Counted from the first letter of the stretch, positions 51,401-63,631 are shown. The stretch: 64,000 nt of DNA from Lingula anatina (GCA_051362555.1 CM120640.1:50756788-50820787), one strand, 5' to 3'. The notes: generated by a model from the sequence alone, not told the origin. Program-made: numbers and translations.

Positions 51401-53919
51401 TGAAAATTTTTAATTACGATTTCAATTAACTCACAAAACAGATTTGTTACAACAGGAAGAAAAATATCAAACCTGCTGTAGCTTGGAAAATTCAAGGTAT
51501 GCCTTACAAAGGATGTCTGATCTGCTCTGAACCTAGAAAAATACATGGATATGGACACCGTCTGGGATAATTTCTTTTCAATAAATGTCTTCTTCACAGT
51601 GAAGCTAATTCTGTTAAGGTCAGCAAGTAGACATTTCCATTGTACTCTGTCTATTGTAGTATAGAATATGAGGTACTATTAAGCCCTATATTCTACAGAA
51701 GAATGCAATATTTCCTTAAAGGTATACAATTATGGACTTGTAATCATGCACCCCATAAAATTAGCTTTGTAAAATCCTCGCAGACAGGGAAAAGGTCAGT
51801 ACTTATAAAATTCCAGTATTAATATGGAAGAGGTACCACACCTGTTCATTTTCAATACATTACCAGTCAAGATCATGAACATTTAACCTACTTTAAGACT
51901 CTTTGTTACAAGATATTTTATCAGTCTAAGTCTGTGACTCTTTGTTATCTCCTTCTTTAGATTATTTATATGATATATCATGATTAATATGCTTATATGA
52001 GCACTATGCATTTGTTGCATTAACATTGATATACAATTCATATCTTTCATAGTTACGGATTTCAATATCTAATGGTCTGGTTCATATATTTACTCCATTC
52101 TTGCCCTCTGTCAACAGTGTTGTATTTTTATCATTACATAGGCAATCCCATCACAAGTTTTAAATTAAGTAGCCTCTTCATTACAATCCTACACAATCAA
52201 TTTTTCTAATTACACTTTTAGTACTAAAAAAAGCACACTTTTTAAAATATTAATTAAGATGCAAATTATTCAAAATTATGTATGAACATTTAATGCTTTG
52301 ATAATAAAAATATGCAAGGGCATGTGTAAACCTTAATGAGGAAACCTTCACTATGCATACATGTACACTGAACAAAAAACATGGGGCATGCTCATGCAAT
52401 AACTCACGCATAATCCTTAGGCAATTTAGTCATTTTTGTTAAAATTTGAAATTTATTGCCTTTTTTTCCAAAAACTATTCAATTATAGAGGGTATCATGA
52501 CTAAAAGGATATTATACAATATTATTCATTTTCATTACTTCATAATTTGTGTGGTACTTGTTTTAAAAAATACCATTATTAACTCTCAAAATTATATCAG
52601 AAATATCTTTTATATTGTGCATGAACGAAAAAAAAAATAGAAAGAAAGAAAACATGTATTTCTGTTAATCATCTGCAGCTACTTCATCAGTTGCACACCT
52701 GAACAAAGCTGCTGACCACAATTTTCTTTAGTAAATACTAGGTGACCACTGGGTGACCGAGATATTGACCAGGTCATTCAACAACAGGAAATTCTTTGAA
52801 GGAGTGCCCTCACCCTGCACAAAAAAACAAGCTGTAAAATGTTTCTACAATTAAACTATACTCTAAAGACAATTGGTGTCCATCATATTACAAATCACAC
52901 AATAAGTAACAAAAGTATCTAAACTTCATGTTAATCTGTCCTTTTTTTTTTCGAAAATTACTGCCTCTTCCTGTATAGAATAAATTAATAGCAAGAACGA
53001 TAAATGAGAGAAGCAAATAAAATAAATGTTTTCCAAAATAACTTTTTTAACAAATAGAAATAAAATAAACCCAACACTTTCCAGCTTTCCCCTACCTGAC
53101 TGGCATAAGACACAGTTAAATGACTCTTTACATATGATCCCTAGCATACAGATATCTTACCAAGTAAAACATTCTCCCTTTGATATGCCAATCAGCATTG
53201 TTTGTGTGCAAATTCACCTGGTCTCATGCTTATCACCTGTCTATCTGGCACTGGTACAGAATAATTAGCAGAGACCTGATCTCACAGGGACCTCCACACA
53301 AAAGAATTGAGATGTAATTAGAAAGAGAGCCATGAAGTTCTTTAGGCAGCCGTCTTGGGAGAAATAATGTGTTGTAATGAACTCCCACAAGTTACTGGTA
53401 CAAGTTAATTGTTAATCAAATTTAGCAAAGGTCAAGTGCTTTCTTAATTCACAAAATATAATCTTGAAAAAAATTCCCACAATAGAGCACACTATCAATG
53501 CAATTAGACTGACTGAAAATAAGATATTTTTCATTTGAATTTGCTAAAAAATGGTGACATGCTTGCTCTTCTCCTTTGAATTTTCTCTTAAGCAAACATG
53601 TCAAAATGAAGGCAAAAATTATTTTCCCCCTTGTGCCACCTCTCTTTAGCAATAATTCTTCCATGTGAATCTGGAAGGCAGGGTTTCTTCTTAATAAAAA
53701 TAAAAATAGATAATGACCCTTTTTGTGTCTGAACACCTGGGCCACGTAATGGTGAGACATTTCTACTATTAATATAAATACTAATAAAGCTGCTTGGCAT
53801 AGCATCTGAAAATATCCATTTGGAGATAGAAAAATTTTACAGACACTGGACACCATCTAAATTTTAAAAAAAGTGGTAAAAGGGATTAATCTAACATGTT
53901 TGAAATGTACTGGCACAAA

Positions 53920-54168
53920 CAAGGGCGGATCTACAGTAGGATTATTTGAAGGGGGGCCGTGGATGCAAAACTGCCCCCCCCCCCCCAAACTCGGCGTGGG
54001 GTCTGAGGGCCCCGAAAATTTTGGTATTTTAGAGGGTGAATGGTGCCATTTGGAACAGTTTAAAAACTATGATTCAGCTAGTCAAAATTCAAATTTCAAG
54101 AGGGGACCAGAAATCGAAAGGGGGGGGGGGTAAGGACCCCCCTGACCTCCCCTCTAAATCCGCCACTG
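53920..54168. mobile_element. GC-rich MITE with GGCGGATCT-type TIRs
   Basis: CAAGGGCGGATCTA ... TAAATCCGCCACTG with internal poly-G/poly-C tracts; termini related to the element at 56833-57003. Confidence 0.75.
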
Positions 54169-54199
54169 ACAGAAGAATATGAACAAATGTAAAAATGTC

Positions 54200-54412
54200 A
54201 CTTCAGACTTTACTGCACGGTAACGTAAGCGTTGGGGACAGCACAAACAGCAAGGGGCTTTCGTGGATAACAGAGGGAATGCATTAGGCCTACTAACCCC
54301 TGCGAGCACTCTCACCCACCTAAAATCAAATTCGTCATCGTCTAGCCAACCCCGTCCCAACCTACCAAGATTCTACAAATGAAAAAAGGCATTGAGCTCC
54401 CTCCCCCGCCCC

Positions 54413-54455
<43 letters not shown>

Positions 54456-55170
54456 CCACCATAATTCGTAACAAATCCACTTTTTACGACCCCCTCCCCC
54501 CTTCCAACCTATCTTGGCATTTCTGAATCAGTGGATGAGCCAGGCTCTGAGAGCAACAAACCCCAATCAACATCCGAGCTTCGTAAATTAAAATATACTG
54601 CCATTATCAAAATGGAAAGAATGAAGCTAAAGCATTACTATACTAGCTGTGATAAATAAAAGTACGGGCTCCGGAGTTTCTGCATTCTAATCCTTCCGCA
54701 AATTCACATATGGAGCATAAACCCGCACGCCGAAAAGACAGATTGCGGTAGCGATCTCTAGCGATTGTGATTGGTAGGCCTAATATAGTTGTCTTCGTGG
54801 TAGACATCAAACATCAGCTATCAACTTGATTTCTTTCTATTTTTTCTATTTTTTCCCTTTGAAATTAGAAGTTAGCTGTGTGGAAGAGAAGAACCCATTT
54901 CAGACAAATTTAAATGAACGTGCACAATTCCACTCTTGGTACCGTTTTATTTTAATTATAAAATTTCTTAGAGCGTGACACCTGGCAGTAGCATTAACAG
55001 TAATGCATCTAATTAGACATAATTTTAAATAATTGTTGGGTGCGCAATGTATAAAGACCCGTCGGCGACTTTTTCGCTACAAGTAGATGACAATCTGATT
55101 TAGTCAATACGATTAATCAGGCCCGAAGGTATAATCTTGTGAGAATCCTGTAACGTAGGCCTACACATGT
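54200..55170. promoter_or_regulatory. CpG-enriched putative promoter region, probably the LZTS transcription start
   Basis: CpG density rises sharply compared with 30-53 kb; GC box CCCCGCCCC (~54403), CCAAT-like ATTGG (~54770), possible minus-strand donor GTAGGT at 54365-54360. Function is inferred only. Confidence 0.45.
54414..54452. repeat. (CA)n microsatellite
   Basis: Direct dinucleotide run. Confidence 0.9.
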
Positions 55171-55423
55171 ACCTTGTAATATCTTTTAGCAATGCATGTA
55201 TTTTTGTGTCTAGTGTTTACATATGCAAAAACTGTTTGAGAAGCAACTAGAAATTGCATCTTATACAAAACAAAATGAAGACAGATAAGTTTTACTGTCG
55301 CCCGCCTAAAATTTAATCAGATTTTATCTTTCATCAATCTTGGCTAGGCTCAAAAATTCCATTACGTATCATTCCTTCCACATGCATTGATCAACGCACT
55401 TCCATTTAGTCATTTTAAGGCTG

Positions 55424-55663
55424 TAGGGGAGACCGGGGCTAGTTAAACCCCGGGGTAAGTTGCCCCCCATCAAGTCTCTTTTATAAAGTTACTTTAAGAT
55501 GCTAAATTATTTCATTTGCACTCACTGCCGACGCTCTCTTAGCACTATTGGATACGGTCACTTAACAAAATGATGTGATCAATTCTTTGACCCCATAGTT
55601 ACTTTGTCATAAACTGATGGGGGCCAACTTACCCCGGGGTCCAAATAGTCCCGGTCTCCCTTA
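55424..55663. mobile_element. MITE with ~45-bp TIRs and TA ends (Tc1/mariner/pogo-like), upstream of the heparanase
   Basis: TAGGGGAGACCGGGGCTAGTTAAACCCCGGGGTAAGTTGCCCCCCATC ... GATGGGGGCCAACTTACCCCGGGGTCCAAATAGTCCCGGTCTCCCTTA. Confidence 0.85.
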
Positions 55664-56205
55664 TCTAGATGCGTCACAACTTTTTATGTGCAGACATTTT
55701 AGCATTATGTGCACTTTTTAAATATATATTTTATATCATGCGGTTTGATATTTCAAGTTATATTTCAAGTAATATCAAGCGACATTCCTTCCTTTATTCT
55801 GTTTTGTTATTTCATTTCGCTGTTTTCTCTCAGATGGCAACCAATTGTTAAATCAAACGAGATTTACATAACATTCCTTAAATATTGTATTTATTTATTT
55901 ATTTATTTGAAATTCCTTGCACAATGATAGAGCCATTCTTTGAAAGAGTTTAAGATCGTTTAACACAAAGTCTCTGATAATGTTTGAAATGGATGTCATG
56001 AATATATAATAAATATGAGATAAAATTTTGTTTAAACTACTAATGTCCCATACTGCTGTATTTACATGAAAGCTGGTGCCTCTTCAAGCTTTCTCTCTAT
56101 GGAGACCTACATTTCTTTCAAACAGAGGCATGATGAACGAAAACGAGGCTCAGGCGTGGAGAACAACACCTGCAATGGCATGTGTGTTTTAGATCCGCTT
56201 GGACC

Positions 56206-59200
56206 ATGTACTTGCATTTTGCTGCTTTTTGTTTTGTACATGTACTGCTTTTTACGAGGACAGAATCATTAGTTACAGACACGTTCAATCAGGATCCTGT
56301 AAAGATTAGCATAGAGACTTCACGTAGCCAGTATGTTGTTGATAAGAACTTTGTTAGTTTTGCCTTTGGAGATTCTGCTATCAAACGACACTGGAAGCAA
56401 ATAGATTTACGGTGAGTTTCAGATCCGGGGATATAAAGTCAAGCAGGTCCTTGGGAAATAGCATTTGTATATTGAGACTGGTGAATAGATTAGAGGAATG
56501 TGATCCCGTGTACAAGTGAAAAGCCTGTTCTTTTATTCTCCAAAAAAATAGAATTCGTCTTATGAACTGAATGAATAACCAATTGCTTGTGTACCAGTAC
56601 TTTGTGAATGGATTTGATATTCACCCCATCCCCTCTGCCAGTATTCATTACTGAATAGACAAGGGACCTTCTTACTGCCCATGTCAACAGTTAGGTGGAC
56701 CTATATATATATATATATATATGTTACATGAACATACTAGTACTGGTAAATTGGATCCTGTAAACACACATTCATTGTGTCAGAATCAGGAAATCCCATC
56801 AATAGAATACTCATGCCATGTAGAATGCATTTCAGGGGCGGATCCAGAGATATTTTCTGACAGTCTTCCAAATTATCTCTATTACCATCCTCCATTTTGA
56901 CCGTCTTCCGACAGAAAAAATAGATAGGCCCTACCTGTCAATGTAAACTTAAAAGTCTGACCGTCTTCCAGAAGACCCAGAAGACGGCCTAAATCCGCCC
57001 CTGCATTTAGAGCAGAGAAGTTACATGTAATTCACACAGATCACCACTGAACATTCAGTCAACATATTTACTTCCACAAATAACCTCTGCTTTTTTTCCA
57101 GATCTCAAAAGATTCAAGAACTTGCCAGGGCACTGTCTCCTTCATTTTTGAGACAAGGAGGAACTGAGAGCAGCTTCTTTCTATTTGATCCTAATGCAGA
57201 ACACCAAGACTCTTATTTTTTGGAAACTTATGAAGATGATACTCAGGAAAAAACATACACAAATTATACAGTAACTGGTAATTGTATAGAATATTCCTCA
57301 CTAGGTGGTTTGAAACAGTGCCACATATATAAAAATGATTAAATGCGTTTATATATATAAATTGATAATAATGGGAGCACTGACATGCATGTTTTTTTTA
57401 TCTTATTTATATTAATTTTATTGCATTTGAATTTCTTCAGGCGAAGAATGGGATTTGTTAAACAAGTTCAGTTCAGCAGTTGACTTCTCACTACTGTTTG
57501 ACTTCAATGTCCTACTACGTACCCCTAATGACCAATGGGACCCCAGCAATGCCAAGTTGTTACTGGACTACAGTTCTAAGAGAGGATATAAACTCCATTT
57601 TGAACTGGGGAATGGTAGGTCCATAATGTTTTTGTTAAATATACAGCTAACTCCTGCAACATGTACAATTTATTTGATGCCATGTGCCAGTTGTCTAAAA
57701 AAATAAAATGTATTAAATGATAATTTGATAATACAGAGCTATAAGATGCTAATTGACAAGGGAGTTTTCTTCCAGTTGAGTTGCCTATGTGACATCTTTT
57801 CACATGCTTCATTGTAGAACCAAACTCCATGCATCATGCTGTTGGCAGAGGAGTTGATCCATTGCAACTTGGATCTGATTTCAAACTTTTATACAAGATC
57901 CTTAAAAGCCATCCATTTTATAACAATAGCCTGTTAGTAGGACCGGACACAACAAGGCCTAGAAAACCCTCAGTTCTGGATTATATGGAGAAGTGAGTTG
58001 ATGTACATTATTTTTGTATTTGTCATTTTTATAATTAGTGTCATCAATTAATTGCTATATCGTTATTGGCAGTTTGGTACAGGAATTTGTGTCTGCGATG
58101 ATATTTAATATCAATGTGGAATTGTAATGACTTATAAAAGAAAATTTAAAAAATAAAACAAATGAACATATAAATTATAGCTTACTGCCATAAGACACTA
58201 TAATAGAATTGACATTTTGACATCAATGTTGAAAAGATAAAGATTGCATGCAACATCTTAACTCACTTGAACAATTATTGGTGTTAAAAATATTTCTACC
58301 TTTTAAAGCAATAAAATACAAAACTTTATTTTCAGGTTTCTTAGTGTGGCTGCAGATGTTTTAGATGTTGTTACATGGCATCAGTAAGTGTTTTTGCAAA
58401 TACATTGTGTATTTAGACCAATTTATAGGATACACAATACCAACGTGACGATAAATAGTCATCTCTGTCTTTTGGCAGAAACCAAAAATTGTACAAGATA
58501 CTAGCATCATGTTTACTGAGTGATTTGATATCTGAGTTATAGATAAAAACCTTGAGGTTTTAAGCCTGGATTTACAAGTCTAACCCAAATAGCACTGTTT
58601 ATTTTAATTTCAGTGTACCACCAAAAACAGTCAATTATTTCCCACATATCCCCTCATGTATCATAGCAGCAAGGATTTTATATTCCGATTTTTAACATAA
58701 ACATACAGGATGCATTTTGGTACTTAATATTTTTAGCTACTACTTTGATGGCAAGGACTGCAGCGTGTCAGACTTTTTAGATGTTGATCTGATGAATTTA
58801 CTGGCAACCTACATATCTGACATGCGGCGTGTGGTGGACAAGTACAAGCCTGGTGCTGTCATGTGGCTGGGGGAGACAGCAGATGCTTGGGGTGGAGGAG
58901 CAAAGAATCTCAGTGATAGATACCTTGCTGGTTTCATGTGAGAAAATATAATATGTTAATGTTGATTTGTTGCAAGCATGGTGGATGCAAGATGTTGATA
59001 TTTATGAAGCATAATGCATTTGTTTAAAAGGCTATGTTTTGTGTAGGAATCTAGAGTCTGTATGATGGGTTTGATTATATGTCATGACATTTTTAAACTA
59101 TTTTATGCAATAAACTGTAAAAAAAATGGTATAATACAGACAGCACATTTTAAATTATTTCAGGTGGTTAGACAAACTTGGACTGAGTGCAGCCAAAGGC

Positions 59201-60460
59201 ATAAGTATGGTAATAAAGAACACTCTTCAGGGTGGAGCATATGGGGCAATTAGAATGGACGGCACGCCTGCACCAGTAAGTAATATATGTTACGACAACT
59301 GTACAAATAGGTGTGTGCCATTTGTGTAACAATTCTTGCAACTATGTGTATTTAGGATGGATGCCATCATCAGCGTAGATGGCAGCACTGAATGTTATTC
59401 CAAAATGTGAAAGTATATATTTTCAGACCTATTGGATTTCTTTACTTCATAAGCATTTGGTTGGTGAAACTGTTCTGAATGTCACATGTGCATCCAATGT
59501 CAGCGTTACCTGCCAAAGACAAGTAAGGGTGTATGCACATTGCACCAGAACCCTCAGGTTGGTTAAATCATGATATTGGCAAAAACAAGCTTATGAAGGC
59601 AATTTGATTTTTGTAAGCATTGTAAAAATATATATGATATATTTTGGTTTACATAGACACTGCTGCTGACTTCTAAGGAAGTAATTGATAATGACAAGTT
59701 TTCCTAATATGATTTAGATATCATGCTTTCACTAGTCCATCACTAATAGATTTTGTTCTGTAAATGAGAGAGATGAGACACAAAAAATGTTTTTAGACTT
59801 TTTGCTATTTATCATTACAGTATATATGAGAAAGGTTCTGTGACTCTTATTGCCATTAACCTTCAAGAAGACCAAGCAGCTGTTATAAATGTACCAGAGA
59901 GAAGCATTGATCAATATCTACTCTCTCCATATGGCAGTGATGGTATCACATCTAGGTAAATAAAGATCTTCACTTTTGAAGTATATCTAAATTGAGGGTT
60001 AATCCTTTCAATTACCATAAACCAGAATATGAATTGGACTTTATGTTAACTTTGCTATTTAAATATTTTCTAAAGTAAATCAGTTTAACTCAAAAAAGTT
60101 TGAAAATCATGATTTAATAGTGTGTTCAACTAACTGACATTTAATGTCAATACATTTACTGACACCATACTGCATGTTTCTTTTTAGGGAAATCGCTCTG
60201 AATGGTCAAAAAAATTTGAAAATCATGATTTAATAGTGTGTTCAACCAACTGACATTTAATGTCAATACATTTACTGACACCATACTGCATGTTTCTTTT
60301 TAGGGAAATCGCTCTGAATGGTAAAGTTCTCAGGTGGAAATTTGGCCAGTTGCCTTCATTCCCACCCAAGAAATTGTCTCCAGGTTCCAGCATCAGTCTT
60401 CCTCCACTGACATATGGATTCTTTGTTTTACCTAAAGCAAATGCCAAAGCTTGTACCTAA
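56206..60460 (+). CDS. HPSE: Heparanase-like glycoside hydrolase family 79 protein (secreted), 10 coding exons
   Basis: Exons 56206-56411, 57102-57277, 57441-57614, 57818-57992, 58336-58383, 58737-58937, 59164-59275, 59427-59557, 59821-59955, 60304-60460 (TAA). Hydrophobic signal-like N-terminus; LARALSPSFLRQGGT; acid/base motif FELGNEPN; VGPD; TWHHYY; nucleophile motif WLGET; AGFMWLDKLGLSA; RVYAHCT; LPPLTYGFFVLPKANAKAC. Confidence 0.93.
56702..56722. repeat. (TA)n microsatellite
   Basis: Direct dinucleotide run. Confidence 0.85.
56833..57003. mobile_element. MITE with CAGGGGCGGAT TIRs and 5-bp CATTT target duplication, in heparanase intron 1
   Basis: CAGGGGCGGATCCAG ... CTAAATCCGCCCCTG; CATTT at 56828-56832 and 57004-57008; three internal TGAC(C/A)GTCTTCC repeats. 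Confidence 0.85.
60091..60322. repeat. Two-copy 116-bp tandem duplication spanning the last heparanase splice acceptor
   Basis: Copies 60091-60206 and 60207-60322 differ at two positions; each ends TTTCTTTTTAG/GGAAATCGCTCTGAATGGT. Confidence 0.95.
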
Positions 60461-61275
60461 ATTTAATCTTACGAAACTTTTACAAAACATGAAGAACTTA
60501 AAAAAATGGAGTGCTGTGGTACTGGTATGTGTGATGATCATGTAGAAATGGTTGAGTTGAATGTAACAAGGCATTCAGGATCTTTCAAATGTTGCTTAAT
60601 TTGAGATATTGCAGCCAAGAACAAACTGCCATAACTAACCTTAGTTTCATACAAATCTTAGCATTTAGTCAAACCAATTACTTTTCAACTTGTATAATGT
60701 GTTTATTGTTATGGATGTTCTAGCAGGGCCACAGTACATTGTATGTTTCAAATATTTGTTATAAATATCCAGTAAATTTAAGCGTAATGTATTTAGCAGT
60801 GGTCTTTTTCCTTTAGAAGGCTCCTGATGCTCATTTTGTCATTGAAATACTGATTCTAATAAGCTTCAAAAACAGCATTTCATTTAGCAGAAAATTAAGT
60901 CATTAATAGTTATTCCTTAAAATTGAAGCATTTGAAATTGTTTTGAAGTAAAAATTCAAGAATATCATAACATAGCATCTACATATCCTGGTCAATTCTT
61001 CGCTCATAGAAAAAATGACAAATATTTCAGCCTTTTGATGTAAATATATATTCTAAATATATGTTAGAATAAACATTTCTATGTCACTTCTTTATTTAAT
61101 TAGTCTTCATTTCTTTACAACTTCCAATACCATATAACAAAAATAAATAGGTTTAATTTCTAGCTCATTATCAGTTTCCTTCTCGCATGATAAGTATATT
61201 TCTTGTGAAAAAATGAAATGTCTTATTTCTGAAATATCTTGAATAAGAAAATCAACTCTGATTCAAGTCATTTAA

Positions 61276-61555
61276 GGGGAGACTGTACTCAAATAGAGCT
61301 AAAATCACGTTTGTATAGATAAAATCAATGTAATAAGTCTAAAGAAAAATCCCCGAACCCAAAAGCATGTTTATAGGAAATATGGAAACTGAAAACGTTT
61401 TTGCCAGAAATATCCCAAAATTAGGAACCACGGTAAACTTGGAGCCGTGTTTCAAGCATAATTAGATGTTTTGAAGATACATTAAATGAATGCAACAGGA
61501 ATAAAAAAGCTAAGCCCTTTAATTTAGGATAAAATCTCCAACCTGCAGTCCTGCC
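61276..61555. mobile_element. Non-autonomous TTAA-flanked element (Kolobok-like)
   Basis: TTAA-GGGGAGACTG ... CAGTCCTGCC-TTAA: imperfect short TIRs with TTAA on both sides. Confidence 0.6.
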
Positions 61556-62038
61556 TTAAGAGTCTAAACTTGTCAGTGGAATGATCAATATAATAAAGAG
61601 GAAGTCAGTCATGTAAATTTTACTTTATTTCTTATATAATTTACCTATAATCTGTATTGAAAATGTTTGCATTTTTCATTTAATTTTCCATGTTGCACAT
61701 TGTAACTATCAATTCAAGTGTCATGTGATTGATAAATGGACCAAAAACCACTGTCCAGCAGACGGTGCAATGCCAACATAATCAACAATTACAGGAGAAA
61801 GTCTAAGCATTTTACCTTGACGTAATGCTCTGCAGGATCCATCTCAAAAATCTTATTTTTCTTTTGCTGTTTATCAATATGGCTGCATGATTCAGCTTCA
61901 ATAATATTAAAATTCCTGCTCTTTGCAAGGATTCATTACTTTCTGAGAAATAAAAGGCTGGTTTCCTTAAGAACTGAAATTAAATACTAGCAAATTTGGC
62001 ATCCACCATAAATTTTGTAATGGGCAAACATGAGTGTG

Positions 62039-63631
62039 TTATACATGTTTTCTCATAATATCTTGCCGTTTGCATGATTTGGAGCATTTTGCACATATCA
62101 CTGAATCTGTGTCCTGTTTTGAGCATTTCAACAAGCAGCTTCTGCACAGAAAGTGTTCACAAGGCAGGGAATAAAATGCAACCATAGTTTGTAGTTCTAC
62201 ATTGCACTGAGCACATATTTTTCTTTCTTCTAATATAGGGGTTGTATTGCTGGAGGTATCCAATTTTTGAAAAGATGGCAGACCTTTCAGGGTCTTGCTG
62301 AGAGCAGAATCTAGGCTGGACAATAGATTCTCTTGGTGTGAGGCATTGGATAATGGAACTGATGGTTTTAGTTTTGGCATTTTAGATTTTAACAAGCTGT
62401 TGCTATCTGCAGCTTTTCTTTTAAAATTAAGCATACTTGGTTCTTTAATTTCTGTATTGGGAATGCCTACGTCTTCACTGTTACTGTGATCCTGTCTGTG
62501 CTCTTTAGTAAAAATTGTACTACCTGGCTGAGGCAGATTTTTGTGTTTAGGGAGTTGTGGTACCTGGTTGTGTAAGTCAGTGGCTCTCCCCACAGTTCTC
62601 CCCATCATGAGACCATCCTCTGCCTCGTGCCTCATCAGCCACTGGTCTATCCTGGCTTTGAGGGCAGAGCTGGGGACAGGACCACTGCTCTGGCTAAATA
62701 CAGTCCCAGTGAATGGATCGTTAGGGAGTCTGCCCCAGTTCCTCTCCTGAGCTACATATTTGTCCAAAGTAGACTGATCAATGCACTGCCCAGAAGGTAA
62801 TAATACTGGAAGTGCCATTACTTTACAGGTGATGGGATCCAAGAACTCATTTGGAATGTCACTGTTATCTAAGTTACTTGTGCCTTCAGATATTTCAGTG
62901 CATAAAGTTGATGATGATGATGGTGATGATGGCAATGGTGGTGACCGATTATCGAAGCCTGATGCTGCTGACGACGTTGATGTAGGGGCCGTCTCAGAAC
63001 TGCGTTTTGGCAACAACAACCTGTAAACCTGTTGAACAATGGACCTATCTGTTGAAGCTGATGGCTGACCCCAAACTTCAAGTTTTCCAATAGCAGGAGA
63101 GGTGCTGTTCTCAGTTTTATTGATCCTAACAGATACATGGCTAACCTTGGATAAGTTTGTATAATAATGATGATGCAGAGTTTGGCACTCCAGCGAGGGC
63201 ATGTGCTGTGGTATATTTTTAAATATACCCCTAGGTATGAATCTATGGTTGACAAAGAGCACAGGTGCTGCCTTGTTACCAAAATATCTGCCAACAGGTG
63301 TAAATATGCCATCCACTGTAGCTGAACAACTAGATGCCTCCTCGTCAGAAAACCACAGTCGTCTCTCCTTAGCAGAGTGAGTAAATATTTCAAAACTACA
63401 TGACTTCTGAGTTCCAACAACAGGATCTATGGCAATACTTTTAATCTCAATATGTAATGGGAATTCTACTGTAATTGTCACAGGAGGCTTCACAAAATAT
63501 TCAGCAATGAACCCTTTTCTTTTCTTCCAAATGTCATCAGATATTAAATTCTGAACTTCATGATGATCCCTCATCACTGTGTTACAATGGATCCTTGGTT
63601 TAAACTGGGGCATACAAAAATTCACTGCCAT
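62039..63631 (-). CDS. UBOX5: U-box domain-containing protein 5 / RING finger protein 37 (E3 ligase), single coding exon, 530 aa
   Basis: N-terminus MAVNFCMPQFKPRIHCN..V.NLIS.D..K..KGFIAEYFVKPPV.ITVEFP; U-box IPNEFLDPITCKVMALPVLLPSGQCIDQSTLDK..WGRLPNDPFTG..LKARID; C-terminal RING CAQC..LPCEHFLCRSCL..CAKC. Probable 5'UTR intron at 63753-63676. Confidence 0.95.
   Translation of the reverse strand: MAVNFCMPQFKPRIHCNTVMRDHHEVQNLISDDIWKKRKGFIAEYFVKPPVTITVEFPLHIEIKSIAIDPVVGTQKSCSFEIFTHSAKERRLWFSDEEASSCSATVDGIFTPVGRYFGNKAAPVLFVNHRFIPRGIFKNIPQHMPSLECQTLHHHYYTNLSKVSHVSVRINKTENSTSPAIGKLEVWGQPSASTDRSIVQQVYRLLLPKRSSETAPTSTSSAASGFDNRSPPLPSSPSSSSTLCTEISEGTSNLDNSDIPNEFLDPITCKVMALPVLLPSGQCIDQSTLDKYVAQERNWGRLPNDPFTGTVFSQSSGPVPSSALKARIDQWLMRHEAEDGLMMGRTVGRATDLHNQVPQLPKHKNLPQPGSTIFTKEHRQDHSNSEDVGIPNTEIKEPSMLNFKRKAADSNSLLKSKMPKLKPSVPLSNASHQENLLSSLDSALSKTLKGLPSFQKLDTSSNTTPILEERKICAQCNVELQTMVAFYSLPCEHFLCRSCLLKCSKQDTDSVICAKCSKSCKRQDIMRKHV

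Noticed and set aside
33084-53856. Dozens of 60-135 aa ORFs in the supplied track
   Set aside because: No recognisable domains, composition typical of random AT-rich DNA, many non-ATG starts, and no consistent exon chain.
62869-63420. 183-aa alternative-frame ORF with a poly-His tract inside UBOX5
   Set aside because: The His run is the shifted reading of the Ser/Pro-rich (TCA)n linker, the start is non-ATG, and nothing else supports it.
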